Positions 22,086 through 33,139 of a stretch of 64,000 nucleotides of DNA are shown piece after piece. The DNA comes from an uncultured Spirochaetota bacterium (GTDB lineage: Bacteria > Spirochaetota > Brevinematia > Brevinematales > JAOACQ01), in contig CAWIGG010000005.1 in NCBI GenBank assembly GCA_963835575.1, positions 192,001-256,000 of the forward strand. The letters run 5' to 3'. Both the position numbers and the translations under genes were made by a program. Below the pieces are notes generated by a model. It was not told where the DNA came from. It did no database searches and worked only from the letters and a program-made list of their open reading frames with translations. Within the stretch, counting starts at the first letter, position 1, and each line of letters begins with the position of its first letter.

Positions 22086-24524
22086 ATGAAATTCGGCCAT
22101 TTTGATGACGTTAATAAAGAATATGTCATTACAACGCCTCAAACCCCATATCCATGGATAAACTATCTGGGAACACAGGATTTCTTTTCATTGATTTCGA
22201 ATACATCCGGCGGATATTGCTTTTATAAAGATGCGCGTCTCCGGAGGATTACCCGCTTCCGCTACAACAATGTACCGATCGATAACGGCGGGCGATATTT
22301 TTATATTTACGATAACGGCGATTTCTGGTCTCCCGGATGGAAGCCGGTCAAAAAAGAGCTCTCATCATATGAATGCCGCCATGGCCTCGGCTATACAGAG
22401 ATCAGCGGAGAAAGAAACGGCATAAAAGCTGAAACCCTCTTCTTTGTTCCCCTTCACACCAACTGCGAAGTCCACAAGGTTAAAATCAAAAATACTGGAA
22501 AAGCCGATAAAAAGGTCACACTTTTCTCATTTATTGAATTCTGTCTCTGGAACGCATGGGACAATATGACTAATTTCCAGAGAAATTTCAATACCGGCGA
22601 AGTGGAAATCGAAAAATCGGTCATCTATCATAAAACCGAGTATAGAGAAAGACGGAACCATTATTCATTCTATTCCGTCAACGCTGAAATTGACGGCTAT
22701 GACACCGACAGGGACAGTTTTATCGGCCTCTACAACGGGTCTGAAAACCCTCAGGCCGTCATACAGGGCAAGTCGAATAATTCCGTCGCTGACGGATGGT
22801 CTCCCATTGCTTCCCACAGCATTAATCTGAAGTTAAAGGCGGGCGAGGAAAAAGAATTTGTTTTTGTTCTGGGTTATATAGAAAATCCCGACGCTGAAAA
22901 ATGGCAGTCAAAAGGCGTCGTCAATAAAAAGAAGGCCTATGAAATGATCAATCAATTTAAAAGCGGTAAAGATGTCGAAAAAGCTTTTCAGGATTTAAAA
23001 TCATACTGGAACGGCCTTTTATCACGGTATGAGATCCGTCATAAAGACGAGAAACTCAGCCGCATGGTCAATATCTGGAACCAGTACCAGTGCATGGTCA
23101 CATTCAATATGTCGCGGAGCGCTTCTTATTTTGAATCCGGCATCGGCCGCGGCATGGGCTTCCGCGATTCAAACCAGGACCTTCTCGGCTTTATGCACCA
23201 GATCCCTGAAAGGGCAAAAGAAAGGATTCTGGACCTGGCCGCGACCCAGCTGCCCGACGGCGGAGCGTACCACCAGTATCAGCCTCTTACAAAAAAAGGC
23301 AATAATGAGGTCGGCGGCAATTTTAACGACGACCCTCTGTGGATCATACTTTCAACAGGGGCTTATATAAAAGAAACCGGCGATTGGTCAATATTGAAGG
23401 AGTCCGTGCCTTTTGATAATAATGAAAAGGATAAAGCCAGCCTCTTTGAGCATCTCAAGCGCTCGTTTTACCATGTAGTCGACAACCTTGGACCGCATGG
23501 GCTTCCGCTCATCGGCAGGGCCGACTGGAACGACTGCCTCAATCTGAACTGCTTCTCTTCCACGCCCGACGAGCCTTTCCAGACAACAACCGGTAAAGAC
23601 GGCAAAGTGGCGGAATCCGTATTCATCGCCGGCCTGCTTATCTTCAGCGCTCCTGATTATCTCGCGATGTGCGAATATCTGGGCGAAAAAGAAGAGACAA
23701 AAAAGGCGAACGAGTGGGTCAAAAAAATGGATGATACGATTATGAAGCACGGTTGGGACGGCGAATGGTTCCTCCGCGCTTATGATGATTTCAGCAAAAA
23801 AATCGGCAGTAAGGAAAATGAAGAAGGTAAGATTTTTATCGAAACACAGGGAATCTGTACGATTGCCGGTATCGGCCTGGATAACGGCTACGCGGAGAAA
23901 GCCCTCGATGCATGCAGGAAATACCTGGACACAAAATACGGCCTTGTCCTCAATAACCCGGCTTTTACAAAGTATTATATCAATCTGGGCGAGATTTCGA
24001 CATATCCGCCCGGCTATAAGGAAAACGGCGGAGTTTTCTGCCATAGTAACGCCTGGATCATCGCCGGTGAAACAGTGCTCGGCAGGGGCGACAGGGCCTT
24101 TGAATACTACGCCAAGATTGCCCCCGCTTATACGGAAGAATTCAGCGAAATACATAAACTGGAGCCCTATGTTTACGCCCAGATGATAGCCGGAAAAGAA
24201 GCCAAACGGCCCGGCGAGGCGAAGAACTCATGGCTTACCGGGACCGCCGGATGGCAGTTCGCTGTCATTTCCCAGTGGATCCTCGGAATCCAGCCTGATT
24301 ATACCGGCCTGAAAATCAATCCATGCATTCCTTCAAGCTGGGAAGGCTACACCATAGTCCGCCATTACAGAGGCTCAAACTATAAAATCGACATCAAAAA
24401 CCCTTCCTATGTCTCGAAAGGCGTGAAATCGATAACTATCGACGGAAATAAAATAGAGGGTTTGGTCCTCCCTGTTTTCGGCGACGGTAAAACCCATAAT
24501 GTCGAGGTTGTATTGGGCAAATAA
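22086..24524 (+). CDS. cbp: Cellobiose phosphorylase (GH94)
   Basis: [60 protein letters not shown]. Confidence 0.93.
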   Translation: MKFGHFDDVNKEYVITTPQTPYPWINYLGTQDFFSLISNTSGGYCFYKDARLRRITRFRYNNVPIDNGGRYFYIYDNGDFWSPGWKPVKKELSSYECRHGLGYTEISGERNGIKAETLFFVPLHTNCEVHKVKIKNTGKADKKVTLFSFIEFCLWNAWDNMTNFQRNFNTGEVEIEKSVIYHKTEYRERRNHYSFYSVNAEIDGYDTDRDSFIGLYNGSENPQAVIQGKSNNSVADGWSPIASHSINLKLKAGEEKEFVFVLGYIENPDAEKWQSKGVVNKKKAYEMINQFKSGKDVEKAFQDLKSYWNGLLSRYEIRHKDEKLSRMVNIWNQYQCMVTFNMSRSASYFESGIGRGMGFRDSNQDLLGFMHQIPERAKERILDLAATQLPDGGAYHQYQPLTKKGNNEVGGNFNDDPLWIILSTGAYIKETGDWSILKESVPFDNNEKDKASLFEHLKRSFYHVVDNLGPHGLPLIGRADWNDCLNLNCFSSTPDEPFQTTTGKDGKVAESVFIAGLLIFSAPDYLAMCEYLGEKEETKKANEWVKKMDDTIMKHGWDGEWFLRAYDDFSKKIGSKENEEGKIFIETQGICTIAGIGLDNGYAEKALDACRKYLDTKYGLVLNNPAFTKYYINLGEISTYPPGYKENGGVFCHSNAWIIAGETVLGRGDRAFEYYAKIAPAYTEEFSEIHKLEPYVYAQMIAGKEAKRPGEAKNSWLTGTAGWQFAVISQWILGIQPDYTGLKINPCIPSSWEGYTIVRHYRGSNYKIDIKNPSYVSKGVKSITIDGNKIEGLVLPVFGDGKTHNVEVVLGK

Positions 24525-24688
24525 ATGAGTTATAATATAAAAAAAGAATTTTTAAAATAGAGTTAAATCTAAAAATATAAACATTTTATCAAAAAAAATT
24601 AAAAAGAATGAACACTTCGTCCGATAATTCAATTGATTTATGCAGAATTAGATTCCCCTCCCAATTCTGCAAACTCACTGTGTGAGTG

Positions 24689-24720
24689 AAGCGAGGATTT
24701 ATAATCCTCGCTTTTTTTTT
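24689..24720 (+). terminator. Rho-independent terminator (target of the group IIC intron)
   Basis: AAGCGAGGATT-TAT-AATCCTCGCTT followed by a T run. Confidence 0.85.
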
Positions 24721-24721
24721 A

Positions 24722-26643
24722 GTGCGCCCGGCAGGGCGCACGTTCTTGGAGGTTAAAGTCCTCTATGCACCCGGTAAGGGGAATCCCTCACCAGTTTGTG
24801 AACTTCTCCGGGCAGCCGGACAAACTGGTGAGGGACAGACGGCAAGGGTGTCCGCCGTGAGGCGGAATCTGAAGGAAGCCGGAGGCAAAACGCTGGCCTG
24901 ACGAACAGAAACCGCAAATAAGGCGTTTATGTTGGATAAGACGGCCAATATCGTTAAAGTCCGATACTTACACGGAAAACGTAGGCGTAAATGCGGCAGG
25001 TATAAGCGGGAAGGAACGAGCGTATTACCCGGGGAGATCTGGAAATCCGCTACATATTAGCTATTGTCATTGAAAGGTGATGAGAGGGATTTTCAGAAGT
25101 CGGCAGAAGCCATAGTAGCTTCTTGACCGGAAGTGAAGGGCAGAACCAAAATGTAGGAGTACCGCTATGAATCCTGATACGGTAATTTGCGCAGAAGCGA
25201 ATGAAGACCATTTGGCTTTGACAGAAAATAGGGACGGAATCCCGAAGAAGAGTCAAAGTGCGTGTATCCGTACAGAGAGGCAAAGAAGGAGTACACCGGA
25301 TGAAAACAATCTAATCGAGCATCTGGTCAAACGCGAGAACATGCTGGAAGCCTATCACAGAGTGGTAAGCAGCAAAGGCTCGGCGGGAATTGACGGAGTA
25401 ACGGTCGAAAGAATGAAAGATGACGTTAATAACCGGTGGGCTGAAATCAAAGTCAAATTGCTGGAAGGAAGATACAAACCGAAGGCGGTAAAAGGAGTGC
25501 AAATTCCGCAAACGAATGGCGGGGTTCGTCAATTGGGAATCCCGACGGTAATGGATCGACTGATACAGCAAGCATTTTATCAGGTGCTGAGTCCAATCTT
25601 CGAACCGGGATTTTCGGAATTGAGTTATGGCTTTCGTCCCGGAAAAAGGGCACAACAAGCCATAGCGAAGTCAAGAGAATATCAGGAGACCGGGAAACGA
25701 TGGGTTGTAGATATGGATTTAGCGAAATTTTTCGATGAAGTTGACCACGATATCCTAATAGCGAGGATAAAGCGAAAAGTCAGGGATAAGAAAATCCTGA
25801 AACTGATTGCCTCGTTTCTCAAAGCCGGAATGATGACGGATAATAAAATCACGGCGAGGAAAAAGGGAACACCACAAGGTGGAAATCTGTCTCCATTATT
25901 AGCGAATATTATACTGGATGACCTTGACAAGGAATTAGAACAAAGAGGACATAGCTTTTGCCGGTATGCTGATGACTGCAATATATACGTTAAAAGCAGG
26001 AAAGCCGGAGAAAGAGTGATGGACTCGATATCCAGATTTGTTGAGGAAAAGTTGAAGCTGAAAGTGAATCGTGATAAAAGCGCCGCAGCAAGGCCGTGGG
26101 AAAGAAAATTTCTCGGTTACTCATTTACAAGTGAGAAGAAAACAAGGATTCGGGTAGCAATGGAATCGAAAGAAAAACTCAAGAAGAATCTGAAAGAAGT
26201 GTTCAGGAAAGTACAGGGACGAAATCTGAAAGAATTCATCAGGAAAGAATTAAACCCAAAAATTCGCGGATGGATAAATTATTTTATCATTGCGAATGTA
26301 AAAGATTTTACTGACGATATGGATGGATTCGAAGGAAACTACGATGTGCGCTATGGAAACAATGGAAAAGACCCTGGACAAGAAGAAAGCGGCTGATTGA
26401 AGCTGGGCTAAAAGAAGAGCAAGCAGTGGCAAGTACTTTCAACCAGAGAGGCTCGTGGTGGAATTCCGGGGCAAAACATATGAATCTTGTCTTTCCGAAG
26501 AAATACTTTGATAGTATGGGTCTTGTATCAATGCTGGATACGATTTGTAATTATCAGAAATTAAATTTTGGAACCGCCGTATACGGAACCGTACGTACGG
26601 TGGTGTGAGAGGTCGGCGGGTGTGAACCCGCCTCCTACTCGAT
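24722..26643 (+). mobile_element. Group II intron, class IIC
   Basis: 5' GTGCGCCCGG right after a terminator; domain V GAACCGCCGTATACGGAACCGTACGTACGGTGGTG at 26571; domain VI and 3' end CCTACTCGAT. Confidence 0.93.
25167..26608 (+). pseudogene. ltrA: Intron-encoded reverse transcriptase/maturase, frameshifted in domain X near 26330
   Basis: LGIPTVMDRLIQQA, SYGFRPG, GTPQGG, RYADD; the alternative frame continues WIRRKLRCALWKQWKRP...; no endonuclease domain. Confidence 0.88.
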
Positions 26644-26707
26644 TCGAACGAGCGAGTGAAATGACCCAGCGCCATTGGAATGGCGCTGGTCATTTCCGAG
26701 CGAGTAA

Positions 26708-26808
26708 TACCAAGCTGCAATCAATATTAGAGCAACTTTGTTGTGCGGAACTCAGCTATGCTGAGGAGAGAGCACAACAATTAGTTGCTCTTTGATTGCA
26801 GCTTGGTA
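26708..26808. repeat. 101-bp fold-back element (MITE-like)
   Basis: Terminal IR TACCAAGCTGCAATCAA/TTGATTGCAGCTTGGTA with nested stems AGAGCAACT, TTGTTGTGC, CTCAGC. Confidence 0.7.
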
Positions 26809-26986
26809 GAAGACAACAAAGTTGTTTAATACTACCAAGTCTTGCCCCTGATCAGCTCTGGAGCGGAACTCACAGAGTTCTGGAGCTTGCTCCCCATTCA
26901 ACTTTATTGCCCTGATTTTTTGACAATTAGCATTTTCATAGATAAAATGTATGTTATCAACGATTATTATAAGAGGAGATGAAATC

Positions 26987-27184
26987 ATGCCCGTTCCAAA
27001 GCATAAAACAGCCAAATGCAAAAGCAGAATGAGAAAAGCAAACGGCTATTATAAAACTTCAAGCCCCGCGATGTCGGTTTGTCCCAACTGCGGGGCCAAG
27101 AAACTGCCCCACAGGGTCTGCGATTCATGCGGTTTTTATAAAGGCAGGCAGATCATTACCAAAGTCGTTAAAGAAGAGAAATAA
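26987..27184 (+). CDS. rpmF: 50S ribosomal protein L32 (Zn-binding type)
   Basis: MPVPKHKT...CPNCG..KLPHRVCDSCGFYKGR. Confidence 0.96.
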   Translation: MPVPKHKTAKCKSRMRKANGYYKTSSPAMSVCPNCGAKKLPHRVCDSCGFYKGRQIITKVVKEEK

Positions 27185-27186
27185 CC

Positions 27187-28230
27187 TTGGAGAATCTCAT
27201 GAAGATAGGCGTTGATATTATCAGCGGCGAATCGGATATAAAAGATTTGATCCAGGGATGTATTGACGCTGTGAATGACGATCCTACCATTGAGGTGGTC
27301 ATGATCGGCAGGGGTGATGTCTACAAGCCGATCCTGCACAGCAAGGCCAATTTATTAAATAAAAACATCAAGCGCATCAGCATCATTGAAGCATCTGAAG
27401 TCATTACAATGGATGACGATCCCCTTGCCGTGATCAAACAGAAAAAAGATTCCAGCATAGTCAAAGGTCTGCAGGCCCATAAAAAAGGCGAAATCCAGGC
27501 TTTCTTTTCTCCCGGCAATACGGGAGCTGTGGTTGTCGCGTCCGCCCTAATTCTTGGAAGGGTTATGGGCATCAAAAAACCGGCCCTGATCCAGATCATG
27601 CCTACTATGGTAGGTAAAAACAATATTCTTCTGGATGTCGGAGCCAGCGCCGAATGTGAAGCGGAAGATCTTGTCAAATTCGCCGTTATGGGCAGGATTT
27701 TCGCGGAGGAAATTCTCCGCATCCCCAATCCGAAAGTCGGCCTTCTCAATATCGGCGAAGAATCCCACAAAGGGACATCCGCCGCCCGGGAAGCTTTCAA
27801 AAGTCTCTCAAATGCCAACGTCAATTTCAAAGGCAATGTGGAAGGATACCAGATCTTTTCCGATGAAGTGGATGTCATCGTCTGCGACGGATATATCGGC
27901 AATATCACTTTAAAAACGGTTGAAGGCGCCGCGAATACCTTTACCAGCCTTTTAAAAAAGGCGATTTTCAAGCATATTCCGGCTATTCTGACCCTGCCCT
28001 TTTACAGCGGCGCGTTGAAGGAATTAAAAAGAGCGGCCGACGCGGAACAATACGGCGGGGCGCCTCTTCTCGGCGTCAACGGCAACGTTCTGATCGGTCA
28101 TGGAAAATCAGGCAGGACCGCCATTAAATTCGGCATTAAGGCCGCGGCTGACGCTGTCCGGCACGATGTGCTTGGTAAGCTGAACAAGCGGCTTGAAGAA
28201 ATGCATCTTAACGACAGGGAAAACAGCTGA
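27187..28230 (+). CDS. plsX: Phosphate acyltransferase
   Basis: SPGNTGA, VGLLNIGEESHKG, DVIVCDGYIGN, YGGAPLLGVNG; follows rpmF. Confidence 0.95.
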   Translation: MENLMKIGVDIISGESDIKDLIQGCIDAVNDDPTIEVVMIGRGDVYKPILHSKANLLNKNIKRISIIEASEVITMDDDPLAVIKQKKDSSIVKGLQAHKKGEIQAFFSPGNTGAVVVASALILGRVMGIKKPALIQIMPTMVGKNNILLDVGASAECEAEDLVKFAVMGRIFAEEILRIPNPKVGLLNIGEESHKGTSAAREAFKSLSNANVNFKGNVEGYQIFSDEVDVIVCDGYIGNITLKTVEGAANTFTSLLKKAIFKHIPAILTLPFYSGALKELKRAADAEQYGGAPLLGVNGNVLIGHGKSGRTAIKFGIKAAADAVRHDVLGKLNKRLEEMHLNDRENS

Positions 28231-28341
28231 AAAATTAACCGAACATATTTTATTATCAAACTTTTATAAAGCCTCTTTAAAACCGGTTAGAGAGGAAGTA
28301 AGAATTTAATAAAGTAAACAACATTAAACTGGAGGTTTATA

Positions 28342-29088
28342 ATGGGCAGGCTCGCAAATAAGAATGCCATCGTTACAGGATCAGCCAGAGGCATCGGTAA
28401 ATCCATAGCTCTGAAACTCGCGGAAGAAGGGGCTAATGTCGTCATCGTCGATGTCATACAGGACGCCGCGGAGGAAACCGCCAAGGAAATACAGGCACTG
28501 GGCAGAAAAAGTTTCGCCATGAAAGTGGATGTCACAAATTATAAAGAAGTCGAGGAAATGATCAATAAAACTAAAACAGATTTGGGCACACTGGATATTC
28601 TGGTCAATAACGCCGGGATAACCCGGGACAATCTGATACTGCGGATGACGCCCGATGATTTCGACCTGGTATTAAACATCAATCTCAAAGGCGTATTTAA
28701 CGGCATTAAAGCCGCTTTTCCCGTTATGATGAAACAGAGAAGCGGTAAAATCGTTAATATCGCGTCAATTATAGGAATGATCGGCAACGCGGGACAGGCC
28801 AACTATTCCGCCAGCAAAGGAGGCGTCATCGCCCTGACAAAATCAGCCGCCAGGGAACTGGCCGCCAGAGGGGTCTGTGTCAATGCCGTCGCGCCCGGTT
28901 TTATCCAGACTGCCATGACCGATAAGCTGCAGGAATCAGATAAAGAGAAAATTCTCGTTCAGGTGCCGATGGGAAGAATGGGCCAGCCGGAAGATGTGGC
29001 AAAAGCCGTTTTATTTTTAGCCTCTCCGGATTCCGACTATATCACCGGGCAGGTCGTCGTCGTTGACGGCGGCATGGTGATGTCCTAA
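28342..29088 (+). CDS. fabG: 3-oxoacyl-ACP reductase
   Basis: TGSARGIG, NNAGITRD, YSASK. Confidence 0.95.
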   Translation: MGRLANKNAIVTGSARGIGKSIALKLAEEGANVVIVDVIQDAAEETAKEIQALGRKSFAMKVDVTNYKEVEEMINKTKTDLGTLDILVNNAGITRDNLILRMTPDDFDLVLNINLKGVFNGIKAAFPVMMKQRSGKIVNIASIIGMIGNAGQANYSASKGGVIALTKSAARELAARGVCVNAVAPGFIQTAMTDKLQESDKEKILVQVPMGRMGQPEDVAKAVLFLASPDSDYITGQVVVVDGGMVMS

Positions 29089-29103
29089 ATATTGGAGGAT
29101 TTA

Positions 29104-30354
29104 ATGAGTAGTAGAAGAGTTGTTGTCACCGGAATGGGTACCATCAATGCCCTCGGATTAAATGTCAAAGAATACTGGGAAGGATTAAAAGCCGGAAAAA
29201 GCGGCACGACAAGAGTGACAAACATAGATTTAAAGGATTCGCCCAGCCTTGTCGCCGGCGAAGTTAAAAATGATAAATTCAATCCGGAAAATTACATGGA
29301 TAGAAAGCTGACGAAAAGAATGGACCGCTTCTGCCAGTTCGCTTTTACCGCGGCGAAAGAAGCCGTCAATGACAGCGGCATTCTCAATGCTGATATAGAT
29401 AAAACAAGGGTAGGCGTCATCATCGGCTCGGGCATCGGCGGCATCCAGACATTTTATGATAATTCGGTCAAGCTTTATACATCAGGCCATAACCGTGTTT
29501 CGCCTCTGCTCATTCCGATGCTCATCAGCGATATCGCTTCCGGATACGTGTCCATCGAATATGGTTTTATGGGACCCAACTATTGCGTCTCATCGGCCTG
29601 CGCCTCGGCCGGCCACAGCATTACGGCTTCTTTTAACCATATTTTAATGGATGACGCCGACATAATGGTTTCCGGCGGCGCGGAAGCGGCAATCACCAAT
29701 GTCGGCTTTGCCGGATTTACTCAGGCCAAGACGCTCTCGACACATTATAACGACAGGCCTGAAAAGTCTTCGCGCCCCTTTGATAAGGACCGCGACGGAT
29801 TTGTCATGGGCGAGGGATCGGGAATTCTTATCCTGGAAGAGCTCGAACACGCGAAAAAGCGCGGAGCGAAGATATACGCCGAGCTTTTATCTTACGGAGT
29901 CAGCGGCGACGCTTATCATATTACGGCGCCTACTCCCGACGGGAGCGGCGGCGCGCTGGCGGCTAAAAACGCCCTCAGGAAAGCAGGAATCCGCCCCGAA
30001 GATGTTCAGCTGGTAAACGCGCATGGCACCTCGACAGACCTGGGCGATCCGGCTGAAACTAAAGGCATCAAGCAGGTTTTCGGCGAGCATGCCTTCAAGC
30101 TCAAGGTCAACTCGACAAAGTCGATGATAGGGCATTGCCTGGGAGCGGCGGCGGCCGTGGAATCCATCGCCGTCATTAAAATGATTCAAGATAGTATAGT
30201 ACATCCGACGATAAATCTGGATAATCCCGATCCGGAATGCGACCTGGATTATGTTCCCAATAAAGCTGTGCCGTGCGATATTACACACGGCGTCAGTAAT
30301 TCATTTGGATTCGGTGGTCATAATGTTACATTGGTTTTCAAAAAATACCAATAA
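29104..30354 (+). CDS. fabF: Beta-ketoacyl-ACP synthase II
   Basis: SSACAS, NAHGTST, KSMIGH, SNSFGFGGHN. Confidence 0.96.
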   Translation: MSSRRVVVTGMGTINALGLNVKEYWEGLKAGKSGTTRVTNIDLKDSPSLVAGEVKNDKFNPENYMDRKLTKRMDRFCQFAFTAAKEAVNDSGILNADIDKTRVGVIIGSGIGGIQTFYDNSVKLYTSGHNRVSPLLIPMLISDIASGYVSIEYGFMGPNYCVSSACASAGHSITASFNHILMDDADIMVSGGAEAAITNVGFAGFTQAKTLSTHYNDRPEKSSRPFDKDRDGFVMGEGSGILILEELEHAKKRGAKIYAELLSYGVSGDAYHITAPTPDGSGGALAAKNALRKAGIRPEDVQLVNAHGTSTDLGDPAETKGIKQVFGEHAFKLKVNSTKSMIGHCLGAAAAVESIAVIKMIQDSIVHPTINLDNPDPECDLDYVPNKAVPCDITHGVSNSFGFGGHNVTLVFKKYQ

Positions 30355-31084
30355 GCAAAAAGGACGCAAGAACAAAATAAGCAAAATAAGGATGGGGCAA
30401 TTAAAAAAAATATCCGGCAGGCTTTCAATTAATATTAAAGACTATCACCTGCTGGATAAAGCCTTCACGCATTCTTCATGTATTGACAAATCAGGCGGAT
30501 ATAATGAACCCTATGAAAGACTGGAATTTCTGGGTGATTCCATCCTCAATGCGTCTATAGCCTATCTGCTGTATATTAATAATCCCCATCTTTCCGAAGG
30601 CGGGCTCTCCGCTCTCCGTTCCAGCCTGGTTGATGAAAAAACCCTGTCGGAAATTGCTTTTCAGCTTAAGCTCCTTGATTATATCAATCTAGGGAAAGGT
30701 GAAACGCTTTCCGATCCCCGCGCCAGACAAAAAGTCGCTGCGGATATCACCGAATCGATCATCGGCGTCATATTTCTGGAAAGCGGCTTTGAGAAAGCCC
30801 TGGCATTTGTGAAAAGCATACTTGATCCCGAAATTAAAAAAAGAATTAAGACCGGCACCCGCGATTATAAGACACAGCTCCAGAAATGGTCCGTTTCAAA
30901 ATTCAAGGAATATCCCGTTTACAGGATCATCAGGGAAACAGGGCCGGACCATAATAAAATATTCGAGATCCAGGTAACTGTCCATGGCGAATTTACGGCG
31001 AACGCGAAAGGAAGGACAAAGAAGGAAGCGGAGCAGAAGGCCGCGGAACAGGTGATAAAATCAATTAAAATCGAAAATAAATAA
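30323..31084 (+). CDS. rnc: Ribonuclease III
   Basis: YERLEFLGDSIL signature and C-terminal dsRBD; start codon uncertain (overlaps fabF end). Confidence 0.93.
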   Translation: MLHWFSKNTNKQKGRKNKISKIRMGQLKKISGRLSINIKDYHLLDKAFTHSSCIDKSGGYNEPYERLEFLGDSILNASIAYLLYINNPHLSEGGLSALRSSLVDEKTLSEIAFQLKLLDYINLGKGETLSDPRARQKVAADITESIIGVIFLESGFEKALAFVKSILDPEIKKRIKTGTRDYKTQLQKWSVSKFKEYPVYRIIRETGPDHNKIFEIQVTVHGEFTANAKGRTKKEAEQKAAEQVIKSIKIENK

Positions 31085-31105
31085 TGATTAAGAAGGGATG
31101 GTTTT

Positions 31106-31993
31106 ATGATGAGAAGTATGACAGGCTTCGGAAGCGAATTTAAAAGCACAGACCAATATGATATTACCGTGGAACTGAAAAGCCTGAACTCGCGCTATTT
31201 TGATTTCAAGCTCAAGACCAGCGCTTCGATCGACGAATGGGAAAATGATATAAAAAACGCCGTTAATGAAAAATTAAAACGGGGAAAAATCGACCTCTAT
31301 ATTAAAATAGTGGAAAAGGAAGCGAAAAATTACAATATCGTTGTCAACTATGAACTGGCTAATAAATATGAAGATGCCCTCTCAAGCCTTTCCAAACAGC
31401 TGAAAGTCGTTCCGGAACTGACAATGCGCGACTTTGTGACGCTGGGCAATATTCTTCAGATTGAAAGGACCGGCGGTTATGAGGACCTGTACGACATCCT
31501 GATGGGAATGATCGTTTCCGTCATAAAAAAAGTTCTGGATATGATGAACCAGGAGGGAGAAAAAACAAAGGAAGATATTGAGACTTCCCTTTCAATAATG
31601 GAAAAAAGCGTGACTACGATTGAAATCGTTTATCCTCTTAATCTTGAAAAATATAAACAGGCTTTGAAAGAACGCATAATGGAGTTTCTGTCGGAAAGCA
31701 GGGAAGATCTTTTTACAAACAACCGTCTGCTGATTGAAGCGGAGCTTGTCGCATCCCGCACAGCGATCAATGAAGAGCTCGTCAGGCTGAAAAGCCACCT
31801 CATCCAGTTCAAAAACATCCTGAGCGGAAAATCTCCCGGCGACGGCAAAAAACTTGATTTTATCGGTCAGGAAATGAACCGTGAGGCGAATACCATCGCA
31901 TCCAAATCCTCAGACTATCAGATCATTGAAAACACGATCATTATCAAAGGTGAAATTGAAAAAATCCGGGAACAGCTCAGAAACCTGGAGTAA
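31106..31993 (+). CDS. yicC: YicC/YloC family endoribonuclease
   Basis: MRSMTGFG, EELVRLKSH, QEMNREANTIASK; upstream of gmk. Confidence 0.92.
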   Translation: MMRSMTGFGSEFKSTDQYDITVELKSLNSRYFDFKLKTSASIDEWENDIKNAVNEKLKRGKIDLYIKIVEKEAKNYNIVVNYELANKYEDALSSLSKQLKVVPELTMRDFVTLGNILQIERTGGYEDLYDILMGMIVSVIKKVLDMMNQEGEKTKEDIETSLSIMEKSVTTIEIVYPLNLEKYKQALKERIMEFLSESREDLFTNNRLLIEAELVASRTAINEELVRLKSHLIQFKNILSGKSPGDGKKLDFIGQEMNREANTIASKSSDYQIIENTIIIKGEIEKIREQLRNLE

Positions 31994-31995
31994 AA

Positions 31996-32559
31996 ATGAA
32001 AGAAGGCAAGATCATCGTCATATCAGGGCCATCCGGCGTCGGCAAGACAAGCCTTTACAAGCGCCTTCTCAGCGACCTGCCGGATAAACTCCAATTTTCA
32101 GTATCAGCGACGACCCGCAGTCCCCGCTCGAACGAAATAGACGGGATCGATTATTTTTTTATTACAGAAGAAGACTTCCAGAAAAAAATAAAAAACAATG
32201 AATTTGTCGAATGGGCGAAAGTTTATAACAATTACTACGGCACCCTTAAATCGGAGATTACCCGGATCACCCGGGATGGCAAAAACTGCCTCCTGGATGT
32301 GGATGTACAGGGCGGAATGAATATAAAAGAATCACTGCCGGAAAGCACCCTTATTTTCATTATGCCGCCTTCCCCCGAAGAGCTTAAAAACAGGATTACC
32401 GGCAGGCATACCGATGATATAGACACGATCAAGCTGAGGCTTAAAATCGCCGCGAATGAAATGAACTATGCCGATCAATATAAATTCAGGGTCGTAAACG
32501 ACGACATTGAAAGGGCTTATGCGGAACTGAAAAATCTCGTTTTGAAAAACATCGAGTAA
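31996..32559 (+). CDS. gmk: Guanylate kinase
   Basis: SGPSGVGKT, SATTRSPR..EIDGIDYFF, YYGT. Confidence 0.96.
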   Translation: MKEGKIIVISGPSGVGKTSLYKRLLSDLPDKLQFSVSATTRSPRSNEIDGIDYFFITEEDFQKKIKNNEFVEWAKVYNNYYGTLKSEITRITRDGKNCLLDVDVQGGMNIKESLPESTLIFIMPPSPEELKNRITGRHTDDIDTIKLRLKIAANEMNYADQYKFRVVNDDIERAYAELKNLVLKNIE

Positions 32560-33139
32560 ACCGAAATCTCCCGCAGGGCCGCCAAGGTTTTTACAGGAAG
32601 GCACGAAGACGGGAAGAGTATAGGGCGAAAGTTGATTATATATTGTCACCTTATTATATAAAAAAAGTAATTTCATTATTTAAGAAACCAATAAATGGAA
32701 TTGGAAAATAGATGTTTATATAAAAATTCCCAATTGCTTTTTAATGAGTTTACCAATATTATTTCACATTTTATTCGGGTTTTCTTACTTGAAATATTAA
32801 CTTCCCTTTTAAAAAGGGGAATTAAACTATTTAAGCATTTCACTGATCTCTTCCCGCCTTCCTGTGAAATATAAATTTTTTTATAAAAACCTGAGCGGTT
32901 TATTCCACCCTATTCCGACAATTAATTGCAAATTTCCCTATTTAGCTTTAGAATAAAACGCAATATTTTCTTCTGACCCGCTGAGCACATGAGACGCAGA
33001 GGCCTTTTATTTTTCACGCTGAGTCACACACTTTTCCTGATTTTTTTACTTCCCGCCTTTGCACTTATTTATTATATTTAAGCTTGTAATGTTATTTTAA
33101 TAGATATGAAATTGAAGATTAAAATTGGAGGATATAAAT

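Noticed and set aside
25167..26396. RT as retron, DGR or defence RT
   Set aside because: Group II intron 5' end, domains V/VI and terminator target are present; no TR/VR pair or Avd seen
26708..26808. 6S or SRP RNA
   Set aside because: Too short for 6S, lacks the central bubble and the SRP domain IV motif; terminal IRs fit a MITE better
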